The position numbers and the translations under genes are program-made. The notes beneath the pieces were generated by a model. That model ran no database searches. It was not told the DNA's origin and saw nothing but the letters and a program-made list of their open reading frames with translations. A DNA stretch of 64,000 nt from a virus: the IMG/VR virus record IMGVR_UViG_3300035074_000077, positions 6,802-70,801 of that record. One strand, given 5' to 3'. Every line of letters starts with the position of its first letter. Position 1 is the first letter of the stretch. Below, in pieces: positions 36,294-45,276 of this stretch.

Positions 36294-36904
36294 TATGCTG
36301 CGCTCCCCACGTCGAATTTCCCGGCCTGGTCGCCGAAGCAATCCCACCCCGGACGCGACTCGCGTGAGAACACCTCGGCGTAAGGCCCGGCGCTGTACTG
36401 CTCGATGCGCAGATAAGATTCGCTCGGCTTTCTCGAATGCTCGCGGCGCGGCGCGATTATGATTTCGCGGACATCGCGCCGGAGACGCTTCGGAGCGCCG
36501 GACTTGAAGAGGAGGCAGTCCTCGCCGTTCTTGCGGGTCGTGTATCCATGGCCGACGAAGAAGGAGTCGCGATGGACGAACATCGCCTCGCCGCCATTCG
36601 CGCCGACCTGATGCGTCTTGATCCACAGGAAGGCGCGCCCCGAATAGCGGACCCCCTGCTTCCGCCATGCCGGCGCGATGACGCGCCAGAACCGCTCGGC
36701 GATCGGCGAGGTAATCCAGACGAAGAAATGACAGCCGTCCGGGCTCGCCAACTGGCCGATCGGAAGCGCCGCGATCTCGTCGTCCGACATGCGCTGGTAA
36801 TGCTGCGGGCGCCCTTTCGTGCCGCCGGAAAAGCGCCACGGCGGATCGAGCACAACGGCTCCATAATGACGGCGGCGGAGATTGCCGAAGGGCCACGCGG
36901 TCAT
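36293..36904 (-). CDS. MT-A70 family methyltransferase
   Basis: DPPW..HYQRM..GYTTRKNGE..REHSRKP..EVFSR..GWD. Confidence 0.9.
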   Translation of the reverse strand: MTAWPFGNLRRRHYGAVVLDPPWRFSGGTKGRPQHYQRMSDDEIAALPIGQLASPDGCHFFVWITSPIAERFWRVIAPAWRKQGVRYSGRAFLWIKTHQVGANGGEAMFVHRDSFFVGHGYTTRKNGEDCLLFKSGAPKRLRRDVREIIIAPRREHSRKPSESYLRIEQYSAGPYAEVFSRESRPGWDCFGDQAGKFDVGSAA

Positions 36905-37269
36905 TGCGCCCCTCCCGCATCCCGCACGAAATATCCACCGTTCGCGCGCTCGAGCTTCGCGCCGACCATCGCGCAAACGAACAAGACCGCGATCCGGTTC
37001 TGCGCCTGAGATTGCGTCGCCAGTTCCGGCCCGCCGTCCTCATCGTCGCCGTAGCAAAGCTCGATCATCTCGGCGTTCTGGACGACCCGGCCGGGCTCCG
37101 CGAAGAGCGCCACGATCATTCTTCGCTCCGCCGATCGCACCCGGCAGACATGCCCCCGGAACCCGACCCAGAGCATCCGCGTCGAGATCACCAGCGCGTC
37201 TTTGCGATCCTCGGAGAGACTCCGCACGCGGCTCTCCACAAAGTCCCCGATGACGAGCGACGGCAGCAT
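36901..37269 (-). CDS. OmpR/CtrA-type winged-helix protein without receiver domain
   Basis: ERRMIVALFAEPGRVV..EMIELCYGDDEDGGPE. Confidence 0.6.
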   Translation of the reverse strand: MLPSLVIGDFVESRVRSLSEDRKDALVISTRMLWVGFRGHVCRVRSAERRMIVALFAEPGRVVQNAEMIELCYGDDEDGGPELATQSQAQNRIAVLFVCAMVGAKLERANGGYFVRDAGGAQ

Positions 37270-37823
37270 CAGCGCGGCTCCTGGAACATCACGAGCTCGC
37301 GTGGCTGCACGCGCGCATGTGTCGCGCAGGCCCAATCCCAAAGCGCAATTGCGTCCGCTGCATCGGTGTCGCAGAAATCGCGATCGACATAGCCGAGCAG
37401 ACGGCAGCGATCGAGAACGAGCTGTTTCGGGTTCTCCGGCCGCGCCCGCCCGAGGAAGTGCTTGCGCACCGTCTGGACGTTCCCATCGACGCATGTCACG
37501 CCGTACGGACCGCAGATCGTCTCGACTCCGCCGACAAGGCGGTGGAGCAGCGAGATCGTCTCGGGCGTCGAGCGGAAGGACGGCTTCTCGCCATCCTTCT
37601 TCCAGTCGATCATGGCGCCGATGTTCACCGGCGCTTCGATGACAACGAGATCGGGGCGCTCGAACGCGAATTGATCCCGCAGCCATATTCCGAGCTTCCG
37701 GCAGGCGCGAGAGGAAGGATCGTGCGGGCTCTTCAGCCGCTTGCTTCCGACGCGCGGCTTTTCCCCGGCGCGGCCGATGCAAAATCCCATTTTCGTCGCG
37801 AGATCGAGCGCCATGATCAGCAT
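37269..37823 (-). CDS. RuvC-like Holliday junction resolvase
   Basis: IMALDLAT..VVIEAP..RKHFLG..DAADAIA. Confidence 0.8.
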   Translation of the reverse strand: MLIMALDLATKMGFCIGRAGEKPRVGSKRLKSPHDPSSRACRKLGIWLRDQFAFERPDLVVIEAPVNIGAMIDWKKDGEKPSFRSTPETISLLHRLVGGVETICGPYGVTCVDGNVQTVRKHFLGRARPENPKQLVLDRCRLLGYVDRDFCDTDAADAIALWDWACATHARVQPRELVMFQEPR

Positions 37824-37828
37824 CGGCC

Positions 37829-38050
37829 TCAGGCCCCCGCCGCCTTGTTCACGATGACGAGCTGCGCCGGATGGAAGAACGCGGCTTGAAGCGTGTCGGA
37901 ATCATCGAACCAGACGCACTCGATCGCGCCGGACTCGTTCTCAGGATCGATCTTGTCGACCGTCATGCGGACGGTCGCGCAATTCAGCCTCACGACATCG
38001 CCGACGGTGAAATCTTCGATCTTCGGATTGAGGTAGTTTTTCGTCGCCAT
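37829..38050 (-). CDS. YodC/DUF2158-like protein
   Basis: FTVGDVVRL..MTV..CVWF. Confidence 0.8.
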   Translation of the reverse strand: MATKNYLNPKIEDFTVGDVVRLNCATVRMTVDKIDPENESGAIECVWFDDSDTLQAAFFHPAQLVIVNKAAGA

Positions 38051-38078
38051 GCTCAGCGCTCCACGGTGATTTGCGTTC

Positions 38079-38795
38079 TCAGACTCGACCGGCGGAGCGC
38101 CCTGCCTCCCACGCGCTCACGGCGACAGGCGCGATCGGCCTCACCAATTCGAGCATCGCCTCGGCATAGACGCGGATCTCGTATTGCGCGTGCGCATCGG
38201 CGCGGAGATCGAAGAACCCGAACAGGTTCTTGAGATCGACCTTCGCGAACATGTGCGAATAGGTGGCGACGGGAAGGACGGAGCGCGCTAGCTCACGCGG
38301 CCAACCCGCGTCCAGCAACTCGCGATAGGTTTCGAACGCTCTCTCCATTGCGACGCGGGCCTGCCCACACTCGATCTTCCGCACGCGGCAGGCTTCGTCG
38401 TCCCATTGTTCGATGAGGCGGCCTTGCTTGTTGTTCGGAGATTGCGCGCCGATCTGCGAAGGGTCCGGAACATAGAATTCTTCCGGCAGCTCGCGATAGC
38501 GCGCGCTCAACTCATTGAACGACCATACCCTATGCCGCATCCACTGCCGGAATACGAAGATCGGCGCCTTGACCTCGAATTGCAGCTCGACCGCCTCGAA
38601 AGGCGTCGTGTGCTTATGCTTCCACAAATAGCGGATCAGCCGCGCGTCAGAGCCTTCGTCTTCCCCGGCGCGCCAAGCCGCATCGAAACTAACCCTCGCC
38701 GCGCGCACGATCGAGAGGTCAGAGCCCATCGAATCGACCAAGCGCACGAATCCATGGTCGAGAACGCAGATCTTTCGATCACCATTCGGCTGCAC
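38079..38795 (-). CDS. thyX: FAD-dependent thymidylate synthase
   Basis: RHRVWSFNELSARY signature; HTTPFE; ELARSVLP; HAQYEIR. Confidence 0.95.
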   Translation of the reverse strand: MQPNGDRKICVLDHGFVRLVDSMGSDLSIVRAARVSFDAAWRAGEDEGSDARLIRYLWKHKHTTPFEAVELQFEVKAPIFVFRQWMRHRVWSFNELSARYRELPEEFYVPDPSQIGAQSPNNKQGRLIEQWDDEACRVRKIECGQARVAMERAFETYRELLDAGWPRELARSVLPVATYSHMFAKVDLKNLFGFFDLRADAHAQYEIRVYAEAMLELVRPIAPVAVSAWEAGRSAGRV

Positions 38796-38988
38796 TGTCG
38801 ATCTCCATAATCGCGCGCTTCAGATAGTTGGCTGCGTCCAGATGCTCTTCGTAGGCGTGCTGCAGCCAGTCCCGCAGTGACAGGTCCGTGCGCGCGAGCG
38901 TCACGCCATATTTCTGGACTCCGACCTGAGAGCGCTGAAGGAGATCGGCTCGCACTGCCTCGACGACGGGATCAATCTTCCCAGACAT
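38779..38988 (-). CDS. Small MazG-like nucleotide pyrophosphatase-fold protein
   Basis: RSQVGVQKYGVTL..WLQHAYEEHLDAANY. Confidence 0.6.
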   Translation of the reverse strand: MSGKIDPVVEAVRADLLQRSQVGVQKYGVTLARTDLSLRDWLQHAYEEHLDAANYLKRAIMEIDSAAEW

Positions 38989-39518
38989 CACGCCTCCACA
39001 GCATCTGCGCCAGGCAAGCCCACAACCTTGAGCGGCTTGATCCCCTTCTCGATCTTCTCTGCGTTCTCGCGCGCTATCCGATCGGCCTCCATTTCGCGAA
39101 GATGGCGGGGCCGGACATCGGATTCGTCGTCTGCCGGCGCGCCATCCGCCGGCGCCGCCGCGCCGACCGCCGCCTGCCCGAGCGGAAGATCCTTGAAATC
39201 GCCGAGCGCCTCGCAGAGCTGCTGAAATTTCGCGCGGTCGTCGATATCGTCCGGCACAACAGCTTCGCGGCGCGCCTTCGCTTCGGCGATGCGCTTGTCC
39301 TCGATCCATTGCGCGATGCGCGCCTTGAGAATTTTCGTCGGAATCCCGGAAGACTCAGCCCTCTCATAGACGCCTTTTCGGCGCTGCTTGATCGCGGCAC
39401 TTTTCCCGCGCCACGACGCGCGCTCGGTATCCTCGTCTTCATAGGTCCGGCGGACCTCGGCGAAGAACCGCGTCGCGGTTTGCTCATCGATGAACTCGTT
39501 CTTGCCCGCGGTCGCCAT
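38988..39518 (-). CDS. GapR/DUF2312-like DNA-binding protein
   Basis: KGVYERAESSGIPTKILKARI and LPLGQAA resemble GapR-like phage proteins. Confidence 0.6.
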   Translation of the reverse strand: MATAGKNEFIDEQTATRFFAEVRRTYEDEDTERASWRGKSAAIKQRRKGVYERAESSGIPTKILKARIAQWIEDKRIAEAKARREAVVPDDIDDRAKFQQLCEALGDFKDLPLGQAAVGAAAPADGAPADDESDVRPRHLREMEADRIARENAEKIEKGIKPLKVVGLPGADAVEA

Positions 39519-39593
39519 GAACTGCCCTTCCTGAAAAGCCCCCGGCGCCTGCACGCGCCGGGGGAGTCACCCACACTTCGGAGAGAGCCGCCC

Positions 39594-39875
39594 TCAGCCC
39601 GGCGGCACAGGCATTCCTCTCTCGCTCTTCAAGCGCCGCACGAGCGCCGCAGCGTCCTGTTCGCAGGTCCGCGCCGCCTTCTCGCGGTAGATGTGCGTGA
39701 GGTCTTCGGGCACCCACGACGGAACGCGGACATCGAGCATGCGCTCCCTCACCATTGCGTCGGAATGCTCGCGGGAGCGCTCGCTGGCGCGGTCTCTCTC
39801 GCGCTGGTTCGCGTAGCGGCGCTCCGCCGCTTCCTTCATCCGGCGGCGCGTGTCTTCGCTGAGCTTCCTCGCCAT
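39594..39875 (-). CDS. Hypothetical protein
   Basis: Basic helical ORF with VPSWVPEDL motif. Confidence 0.55.
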   Translation of the reverse strand: MARKLSEDTRRRMKEAAERRYANQRERDRASERSREHSDAMVRERMLDVRVPSWVPEDLTHIYREKAARTCEQDAAALVRRLKSERGMPVPPG

Positions 39876-39956
39876 GGTGATCCCCGAAAGAAAAGAAGGC
39901 GCCGGCACGCGAAACCTGAGACCGGCGGGGCGATGCACGCCCAATTCAGTTGCGGC

Positions 39957-40211
39957 CTATGCAGATCCAGCCGGTCCCTCAATCTTCAACCCGGTAGCGA
40001 GAACGCTATCTCGAGCATCGCTCAATATCTTCGCCGTTGGCACGGAGCCGACTGTCGTCGCGAGCACTCCGGCCGATACTTCGATGAACCAGAGCGCTAT
40101 CCCGACCGCGAGCGCGCGGTCCATGATGTCGTCGCTGCAGGCGAGGCTCATGAGTGCGCTCGCCGCGATCTCGCGTCCCTGCGGCGCCCCGTCCTTGATT
40201 TTGTCGCTCAT
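39957..40211 (-). CDS. Hypothetical protein
   Basis: ATGA-coupled. Confidence 0.5.
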   Translation of the reverse strand: MSDKIKDGAPQGREIAASALMSLACSDDIMDRALAVGIALWFIEVSAGVLATTVGSVPTAKILSDARDSVLATGLKIEGPAGSA

Positions 40212-40564
40212 GAGCACCCCGTTGTGGCTCCGCACGTCTCGCATTTGAGACACGTCCCGTTGCGCACCATCGTCATCGCGCCGCAGTCCGGGCACGGGTC
40301 GCCTTCGTATCCTTTGAGCCGCGCTTCCTCGGCCGCAGCGAGCCCCGCAGGCGCGCTGATCGCGCCAACCGCCACAGGGACCGCTCCGCCAGCAGCAGCG
40401 CGCGCCAGATCGGCCCGCAGCTCATCTGCCAGCGCGTCGAGAGCGCCGACCACGGCCTGATGCTTCGTTGTCGGCGGGAGCGCCTTGACGCGCTCCAGCG
40501 CCTTGTCCGCGACGCTCGCCGCCCATGCGACGCCTTGCGCAAATCCCGCGTCGAATCCACTCAT
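40208..40564 (-). CDS. Small protein ending in an NrdJ-type C-terminal zinc ribbon
   Basis: EARLKGYEGDPCPDCGAMTMVRNGTCLKCETCGATTGCS. Confidence 0.75.
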   Translation of the reverse strand: MSGFDAGFAQGVAWAASVADKALERVKALPPTTKHQAVVGALDALADELRADLARAAAGGAVPVAVGAISAPAGLAAAEEARLKGYEGDPCPDCGAMTMVRNGTCLKCETCGATTGCS

Positions 40565-40571
40565 CGTCGAT

Positions 40572-40925
40572 TCACCGTTTCTCGATAAGCGCGTGCAGCG
40601 CCGCCAATTCAGTCTCAGCCGCGCATACTTCGCTCTCACGAGCATCCAGGCCGCATTGGCGGGCCATTTCCAGTTCATGCCGCAGCCTCATCATCTCGGC
40701 TTCGAGCTCGCGCATAAAGGCTGCACGGATGCGCTCGAATACCCCCGCGCGAACGCCTTTCGTCCGCCGGTTGCGAATATTTTCTAACGTCCCCGGCGCA
40801 ACGCTCATTCTCCGAGCGACGATCTTGCGCGCGTCACGGATCGAAACGCCGCTGCGCTTCGACTCGCGGGACTCCAATTCTGCGGCCCAATTACGGGCCG
40901 TCTCCTCGATCGCAATCACTGACAT
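40572..40925 (-). CDS. HTH regulator (CII-like position)
   Basis: ARKIVARRMSVAPGTLENIR HTH; downstream of cro. Confidence 0.65.
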   Translation of the reverse strand: MSVIAIEETARNWAAELESRESKRSGVSIRDARKIVARRMSVAPGTLENIRNRRTKGVRAGVFERIRAAFMRELEAEMMRLRHELEMARQCGLDARESEVCAAETELAALHALIEKR

Positions 40926-41266
40926 TTGATCACCCGATGAATGATGCACTTGCATGCCTCCCCATGATCCATTGAGGTCATGGTTAACGACGGCAAGAGC
41001 ACTGACTTGAACAAAGCGCCTTTCGACGGAAACTGGCTCTCGTTGGGGAACGTGGCGGCCGGCGTCGTCGAAAAGCTGAAATACGAAATGCAAAATCCGG
41101 AACGCGCGCCAACGCGCGCCGGCCGCCCTGCCGAGCCATGTAACCGCGTCGATGGCAGGGCGGCCAAGCTCATTGCAGAGCGCCGACAGAGTGATAGGCG
41201 ATCGCCATTCTCGCGACAGCGGCGATCACGGCGAGAGCGACGAAGAGGACGGCTCCATTCATGTTT

Positions 41267-41494
41267 TCACCCTCCGATGGTCTTGATGGCCGTGATGTCT
41301 TCCGCGCGTCTGGTGAGCCCGTGCGAGACGGTCGGAAGCGCGTCGATCAGAAACAACGCTTGCTCCCGCGTCAGCACGAGAGCGTCCGCGCCGCAGACGA
41401 CGCGGCCATCGAAGCGCACGAACTCGAGCCGGACATCGCCACTGGTCAGGGCAACGACGGAGAGGTTGCGGACCTGATGCGCCGGGCCGCTCAT
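41267..41494 (-). CDS. Hypothetical protein
   Basis: ATGA-coupled start at 41494. Confidence 0.5.
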   Translation of the reverse strand: MSGPAHQVRNLSVVALTSGDVRLEFVRFDGRVVCGADALVLTREQALFLIDALPTVSHGLTRRAEDITAIKTIGG

Positions 41495-42096
41495 TGATGC
41501 GCTCCGATCACGACGGCGAAAGCCAGCAGCGCGAGAATTGCGAGATGCGCGAGAACGATCACGCTCCGCGGCGACCGGACGCCATTGCGAAAACACCCGG
41601 TCGCCGCCACCATCGCGGTTGCCACACCCACGAGGGAGTTCAGGGAATGTCGAAGCTCACGAAAAACACGACGCGCCGCCTCGATCCGATCGCCGTGGAG
41701 CTCGCCGGCACGCGGCTCTTGCTGCGCGCGCTCATCGCCTATCTGCTCGTCGACGACCCCGACGAGGCTGACCATGCGGTCGCTGCCTTGGTCGCCAAGG
41801 TCGACAGAATGTCCGCGTCGTCCGTCATCATCGGCGACCCCAGCGGGGAGGCCAGAAAGGCCATCCGCGATAGCGCCGTGGTGCTGATCGCCGATTTGGG
41901 GCAGGCCAGAGGCCCGGTCCAATGAGGTGAGGGGGACGTCCGTCAAAAAAAGCTGAAACGGCTTCTCCAATGCGACCGGCGCCCACCGCAGGCGACCGAG
42001 CAAGTACCGGGCGCTTGGGCGCTGTTTCGGCGCGGCGCTCGCTGCGGCGATCGCCACAGGCGCGACAAGGATCGAGCGGCGGGAGAGGTCGGTCAT
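41491..42096 (-). CDS. ORF coupled at both ends, spanning an antisense gene
   Basis: ATGA overlaps at 42093-96 and 41491-94; SRRSIL Tat-like start, hydrophobic end. Confidence 0.4.
   Translation of the reverse strand: MTDLSRRSILVAPVAIAAASAAPKQRPSARYLLGRLRWAPVALEKPFQLFLTDVPLTSLDRASGLPQIGDQHHGAIADGLSGLPAGVADDDGRRGHSVDLGDQGSDRMVSLVGVVDEQIGDERAQQEPRAGELHGDRIEAARRVFRELRHSLNSLVGVATAMVAATGCFRNGVRSPRSVIVLAHLAILALLAFAVVIGAHQ
41647..41925 (+). CDS. Antisense moron protein
   Basis: GAGGGAG upstream; 92-aa helical protein MSKLTKNTTRRLDPIAVELAG. Confidence 0.6.
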   Translation: MSKLTKNTTRRLDPIAVELAGTRLLLRALIAYLLVDDPDEADHAVAALVAKVDRMSASSVIIGDPSGEARKAIRDSAVVLIADLGQARGPVQ

Positions 42097-42626
42097 TGCG
42101 CAAGCGCTCCCTCATTGGCGGCGATCGGCGCCGTCGGAGCGTCCACGGCGAGCAGGAAATCGTTCGGCGTGACGGCGCCGTCGGTCACAACCGCTATCCT
42201 CGCCATAATGGCGGGCTGCGGCAGGCGCGTCCCGCCGATGTAGCGGGTCACAGACACCTCGGAGACGCCGATCGCCTTCGCGAAATCGGCGCGGGACATG
42301 TCTTTCTCGGCAAGGAACTGATCGAGTTTCAACCCGTTACTTGCGCGATTGGCGCAGATCGCGATCTTCTCTGGACGATAGGCTGGCAAATGCTCGAGAA
42401 ACAGCGACACCACGCGGCCCTTCGCGAACCACTCGCCGCGAATGCGCTCGCTTGCGCAGAGCCTATGGATTTGCCGTTCGTGGTCTTTGCCGCCGCGCGC
42501 AAAGCCGATGAGGCGATGGGTTCCGGGCGAGCCAACATTCAACTCCGCGAGGCGCCGGAGTGGGTCTTTTGCCCACCCGATTTTCACGGAGTCTCCGCTC
42601 TCGATCGCATAGACGTAGCCGGTCAT
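42093..42626 (-). CDS. T5orf172/GIY-YIG domain fused to Cro-like HTH
   Basis: YVYAI..VKIGW..RRL..GEWF then LDQFLAEKDMSRADFAKAIGVS..TDGAVTPNDF. Confidence 0.8.
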   Translation of the reverse strand: MTGYVYAIESGDSVKIGWAKDPLRRLAELNVGSPGTHRLIGFARGGKDHERQIHRLCASERIRGEWFAKGRVVSLFLEHLPAYRPEKIAICANRASNGLKLDQFLAEKDMSRADFAKAIGVSEVSVTRYIGGTRLPQPAIMARIAVVTDGAVTPNDFLLAVDAPTAPIAANEGALAQ

Positions 42627-42871
42627 TGGGCGGCCTCGCTCTGGACGACGGGGCGCGCGACGCCAGCGGGCCATTCGGCGCCATCCGGCCAGTTCGCCGA
42701 GAACCAGCGGAGCGCGTCGTTGAAACGACGGAGCGTGATCCCTTTCCCGGATCGGATCGCCGCGAGGCGTTTCGAGTCGGCGAAGACGCGGGAGCTGACG
42801 GTCGTCTCCGTCAGCTCTTTGGCGGATGCGTAGATGTCGGCGAGCCGCACGAGGTCGTGTTCGGTGTGCAT
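42623..42871 (-). CDS. Cro-like repressor
   Basis: Divergent from cI; TVSSRVFADSKRL..WFSANWP family motif. Confidence 0.75.
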   Translation of the reverse strand: MHTEHDLVRLADIYASAKELTETTVSSRVFADSKRLAAIRSGKGITLRRFNDALRWFSANWPDGAEWPAGVARPVVQSEAAQ

Positions 42872-42951
42872 ACCGCAATAATGGGTATAGCTACCGGCGT
42901 GTCAAGGTATTTTTAGAAGGGGCGCGCGCCAATGCCGCCGGTTAAAATACC
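42872..42951 (-). promoter_or_regulatory. PR/OR-like promoter and operators
   Basis: TTGACA(42905-900)-N16-CATTAT; operators GGTATAGCTACC 42884-95 and GGTTAAAATACC 42940-51. Confidence 0.7.
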
Positions 42952-43699
42952 ATTCATGTGGTCAGCCAAGGACTTACTCGCGAGGATCGAAGCCCGAACG
43001 AAGTCGCTCGGGCTATCGGACGCGGACGTCGGCCGGATCGCCGAAAAGCCTGACCTCATGAAAAACATCCGCACTGCGGCGCGGCAGAACAGGACCTATG
43101 AGCCTCGGGCTGGCACAATGAAGGCTCTGGCACGGGCGTTGAGGGTCCAAGAGAGTTGGCTGACCGCAATCGACGACGAGGCGCGACAACCTCCAGACGA
43201 GGTTGCTATTTCGTCTGTCGACGATGAGATCGGCCGCTCGGCTTCCGCGAACATTCTCGAGATCGATGTGCGAGCCGGCGCCGGTGGCGGCGGAATCCGA
43301 ATTGACGACGTGGTCGTCTATGATGACGCCGGCAACTCCTATGCGGCGGAGAACGTCGCGGGGGAATGGACTCTCCCGGCCGCAGTGCTGTCCGGGGTCC
43401 TGAAATCCACGCCCAAGCACATCAAGGTCTTCGAGATCATGGGCGACTCGATGGAACCACGGCTTTTCGAAGGGGACCGTGTGTTCGTCGACACCCGCTA
43501 CACTGCCCCGCATCCTGAAGGGATTTTCGTCCTTTGGGATGGCTATTCGATCGTGGTCAAGGGGCTGCAAATAGTTCGGGGAACCGATCCGCTTCGGGTG
43601 ACGATCATTTCTGAGAACCGGCGCTATCCGCCTTACGAGACGACGATCGACGAGATCAAGATCATCGGCCGATACGCCGGCCGATTCACGACGAGATGA
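42932..43699 (+). CDS. CI-like repressor (HTH + S24 peptidase)
   Basis: AGAG cleavage site, GDSMEP Ser, VVK Lys; alternative start at 42956. Confidence 0.92.
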   Translation: MPPVKIPFMWSAKDLLARIEARTKSLGLSDADVGRIAEKPDLMKNIRTAARQNRTYEPRAGTMKALARALRVQESWLTAIDDEARQPPDEVAISSVDDEIGRSASANILEIDVRAGAGGGGIRIDDVVVYDDAGNSYAAENVAGEWTLPAAVLSGVLKSTPKHIKVFEIMGDSMEPRLFEGDRVFVDTRYTAPHPEGIFVLWDGYSIVVKGLQIVRGTDPLRVTIISENRRYPPYETTIDEIKIIGRYAGRFTTR

Positions 43700-43806
43700 T
43701 TGCATTTGAAATCCTACGGGTTCGCCCGCAGGTGCGGCGGCCCGCCGCCCCGATATGATCGGCCGGATTAACCGTTCGTTCATATTTCGAGGACACGGGG
43801 GCTCCG

Positions 43807-44310
43807 GTGAGATTTCTGCTCGTTCTTCCCGCCATTTCGGCGCTCGCCGGCTGCGGCACAATCACGCGCGGCACGACGGAACAGGTTCAGATCCTGTCCA
43901 ATCCGCCGGACGCAGTGGCGACGACCTCCCTCGGCCATTCCTGCAGGACGCCCTGCACGCTCACGGTGGGCCGCAAGGACGAGTTCGTCGTCTCTGTCCG
44001 CAAGGACGGGTTCGAGCCCGCCCAAGTCCCGGTGACGACAGCGCTCGCCGGCACAGGCGGGGCCGCCTTCGCCGGCAACATCCTGCTCGGCGGCGTCGTC
44101 GGCATGGGAACCGATGTCGTGACCGGCGCCGCGCTGGACCATGCGCCAAACCCGGTCTCCGTCGCGCTGGCTCCGGAATCCCCGCCGCCGCCGGCGCCAG
44201 CGCGCCTCTCTGCGGCTGAGCCCCCGCGCCGCCGGAATGTCTCGGTCGTCGCGAGGACCGCGCCGGGCGCCGCCGCGCCCCGGCAGGCCGAGCAAGCCAG
44301 GCGCGACTGA
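43807..44310 (+). CDS. PEGA-like lipoprotein in immunity region
   Basis: LAGC lipobox; SNPPDA..TPC..KDGF; GNILLGGVVG..D..TGA. Confidence 0.75.
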   Translation: MRFLLVLPAISALAGCGTITRGTTEQVQILSNPPDAVATTSLGHSCRTPCTLTVGRKDEFVVSVRKDGFEPAQVPVTTALAGTGGAAFAGNILLGGVVGMGTDVVTGAALDHAPNPVSVALAPESPPPPAPARLSAAEPPRRRNVSVVARTAPGAAAPRQAEQARRD

Positions 44311-44391
44311 CGCGCCACTCGTCAGATACCCCGGCAGATCGCCAGAGAACGCCGCTGGCGCGTTTTCATGGGGCACGCGCATGAATACGCA

Positions 44392-45276
44392 TCAGCGCCG
44401 CGGCCGCTCGCCGGCGCCGACGCTCGCCGCTTCGCCTGGCTGGCGCATCTTCCCGAGCTGCGCTGTTTCTGGCTCTCCGATTTCCGGGATGCCCCCCTCG
44501 TACGCCGGTCCAGGGTCCAGCGATTCGTATCTGGCCGCTTCCGAGCCATGGGAGGTTCCCTCTTCCGCCGGCGAGCGAGCCGGAAGGCGAGAGAGCGAGC
44601 CGGCGGATGAAGGGCGGGAATCTGCCCGAGGGGGCGATTCTTGCACCTCGCTTGCCACCCCGAGTCTCTCAACAACAACGCCCTGCGACGGAGGGGCGGG
44701 CGCGCAAGCGCCCGCCTCGACGGCGCTGAGTTCAATCGCTGAGTTAGATCTCTGAGTTCCTTCCTTATATGCGAGCGACAATTTTGTCGCAAACCCGCGA
44801 CAATTTTGTCGCTCCTCAGCGACATTTTTGTCGCTGTCAGATTTTTGTCCGGCCTCTGTCAGATGCGACAATTTTGTCGCAACCGGCTGTGGATTATCGA
44901 CAATTTTGTCGCTGTCGTCGGAGCCTTGTCGCGACATTTTTGTCGCTGCCTCCGCCTCCGTGAGCAGCACAAGCACGAGACTGTCGCCTTCGCGGCGGAC
45001 ATGCCCGGCCGCGATCAGAGCCCCGATTTTTCTCTCGACAGTTCTGGTCGCCGCGCGGATTTCCGCCGCTAGCCTGGCCTTCCCAGGAAAAGCGCCACCG
45101 GTTTGGCTGTTCACGAAGGACTGAAGCGCGATCGCCAGATCGCAGCAGTCCGTTCCGATCGTCTGATCGCACTGGACCTGCCGGAGCCACTGCAGCCGCT
45201 CAACCGGCGTAACTGCCGTTCGAGAGCCCACCCTCTTGCTCGCCGGCGCACTCCGGCTATCCTTATCACCAACCAT
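44392..45276 (-). CDS. HTH replication-initiator-like protein with internal iterons
   Basis: AFPGKARLAAEI..RTVERKIGALIAAGH wHTH; repeat-encoded ATKLS/SDKIV; GAGGG RBS. Confidence 0.75.
   Translation of the reverse strand: MVGDKDSRSAPASKRVGSRTAVTPVERLQWLRQVQCDQTIGTDCCDLAIALQSFVNSQTGGAFPGKARLAAEIRAATRTVERKIGALIAAGHVRREGDSLVLVLLTEAEAATKMSRQGSDDSDKIVDNPQPVATKLSHLTEAGQKSDSDKNVAEERQNCRGFATKLSLAYKEGTQRSNSAIELSAVEAGACAPAPPSQGVVVERLGVASEVQESPPRADSRPSSAGSLSRLPARSPAEEGTSHGSEAARYESLDPGPAYEGGIPEIGEPETAQLGKMRQPGEAASVGAGERPRR
44775..44946. repeat. Six palindromic 16-bp iterons GCGACAWTTTTGTCGC plus DnaA-box-like site
   Basis: Copies at 44775, 44797, 44819, 44865, 44897 (first base T), 44931; TGTGGATTA at 44888-96. 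Confidence 0.9.

Noticed and set aside
44775-44946. CRISPR array
   Set aside because: 16-bp repeats with short irregular gaps, inside a coding frame, no cas genes; iterons fit better
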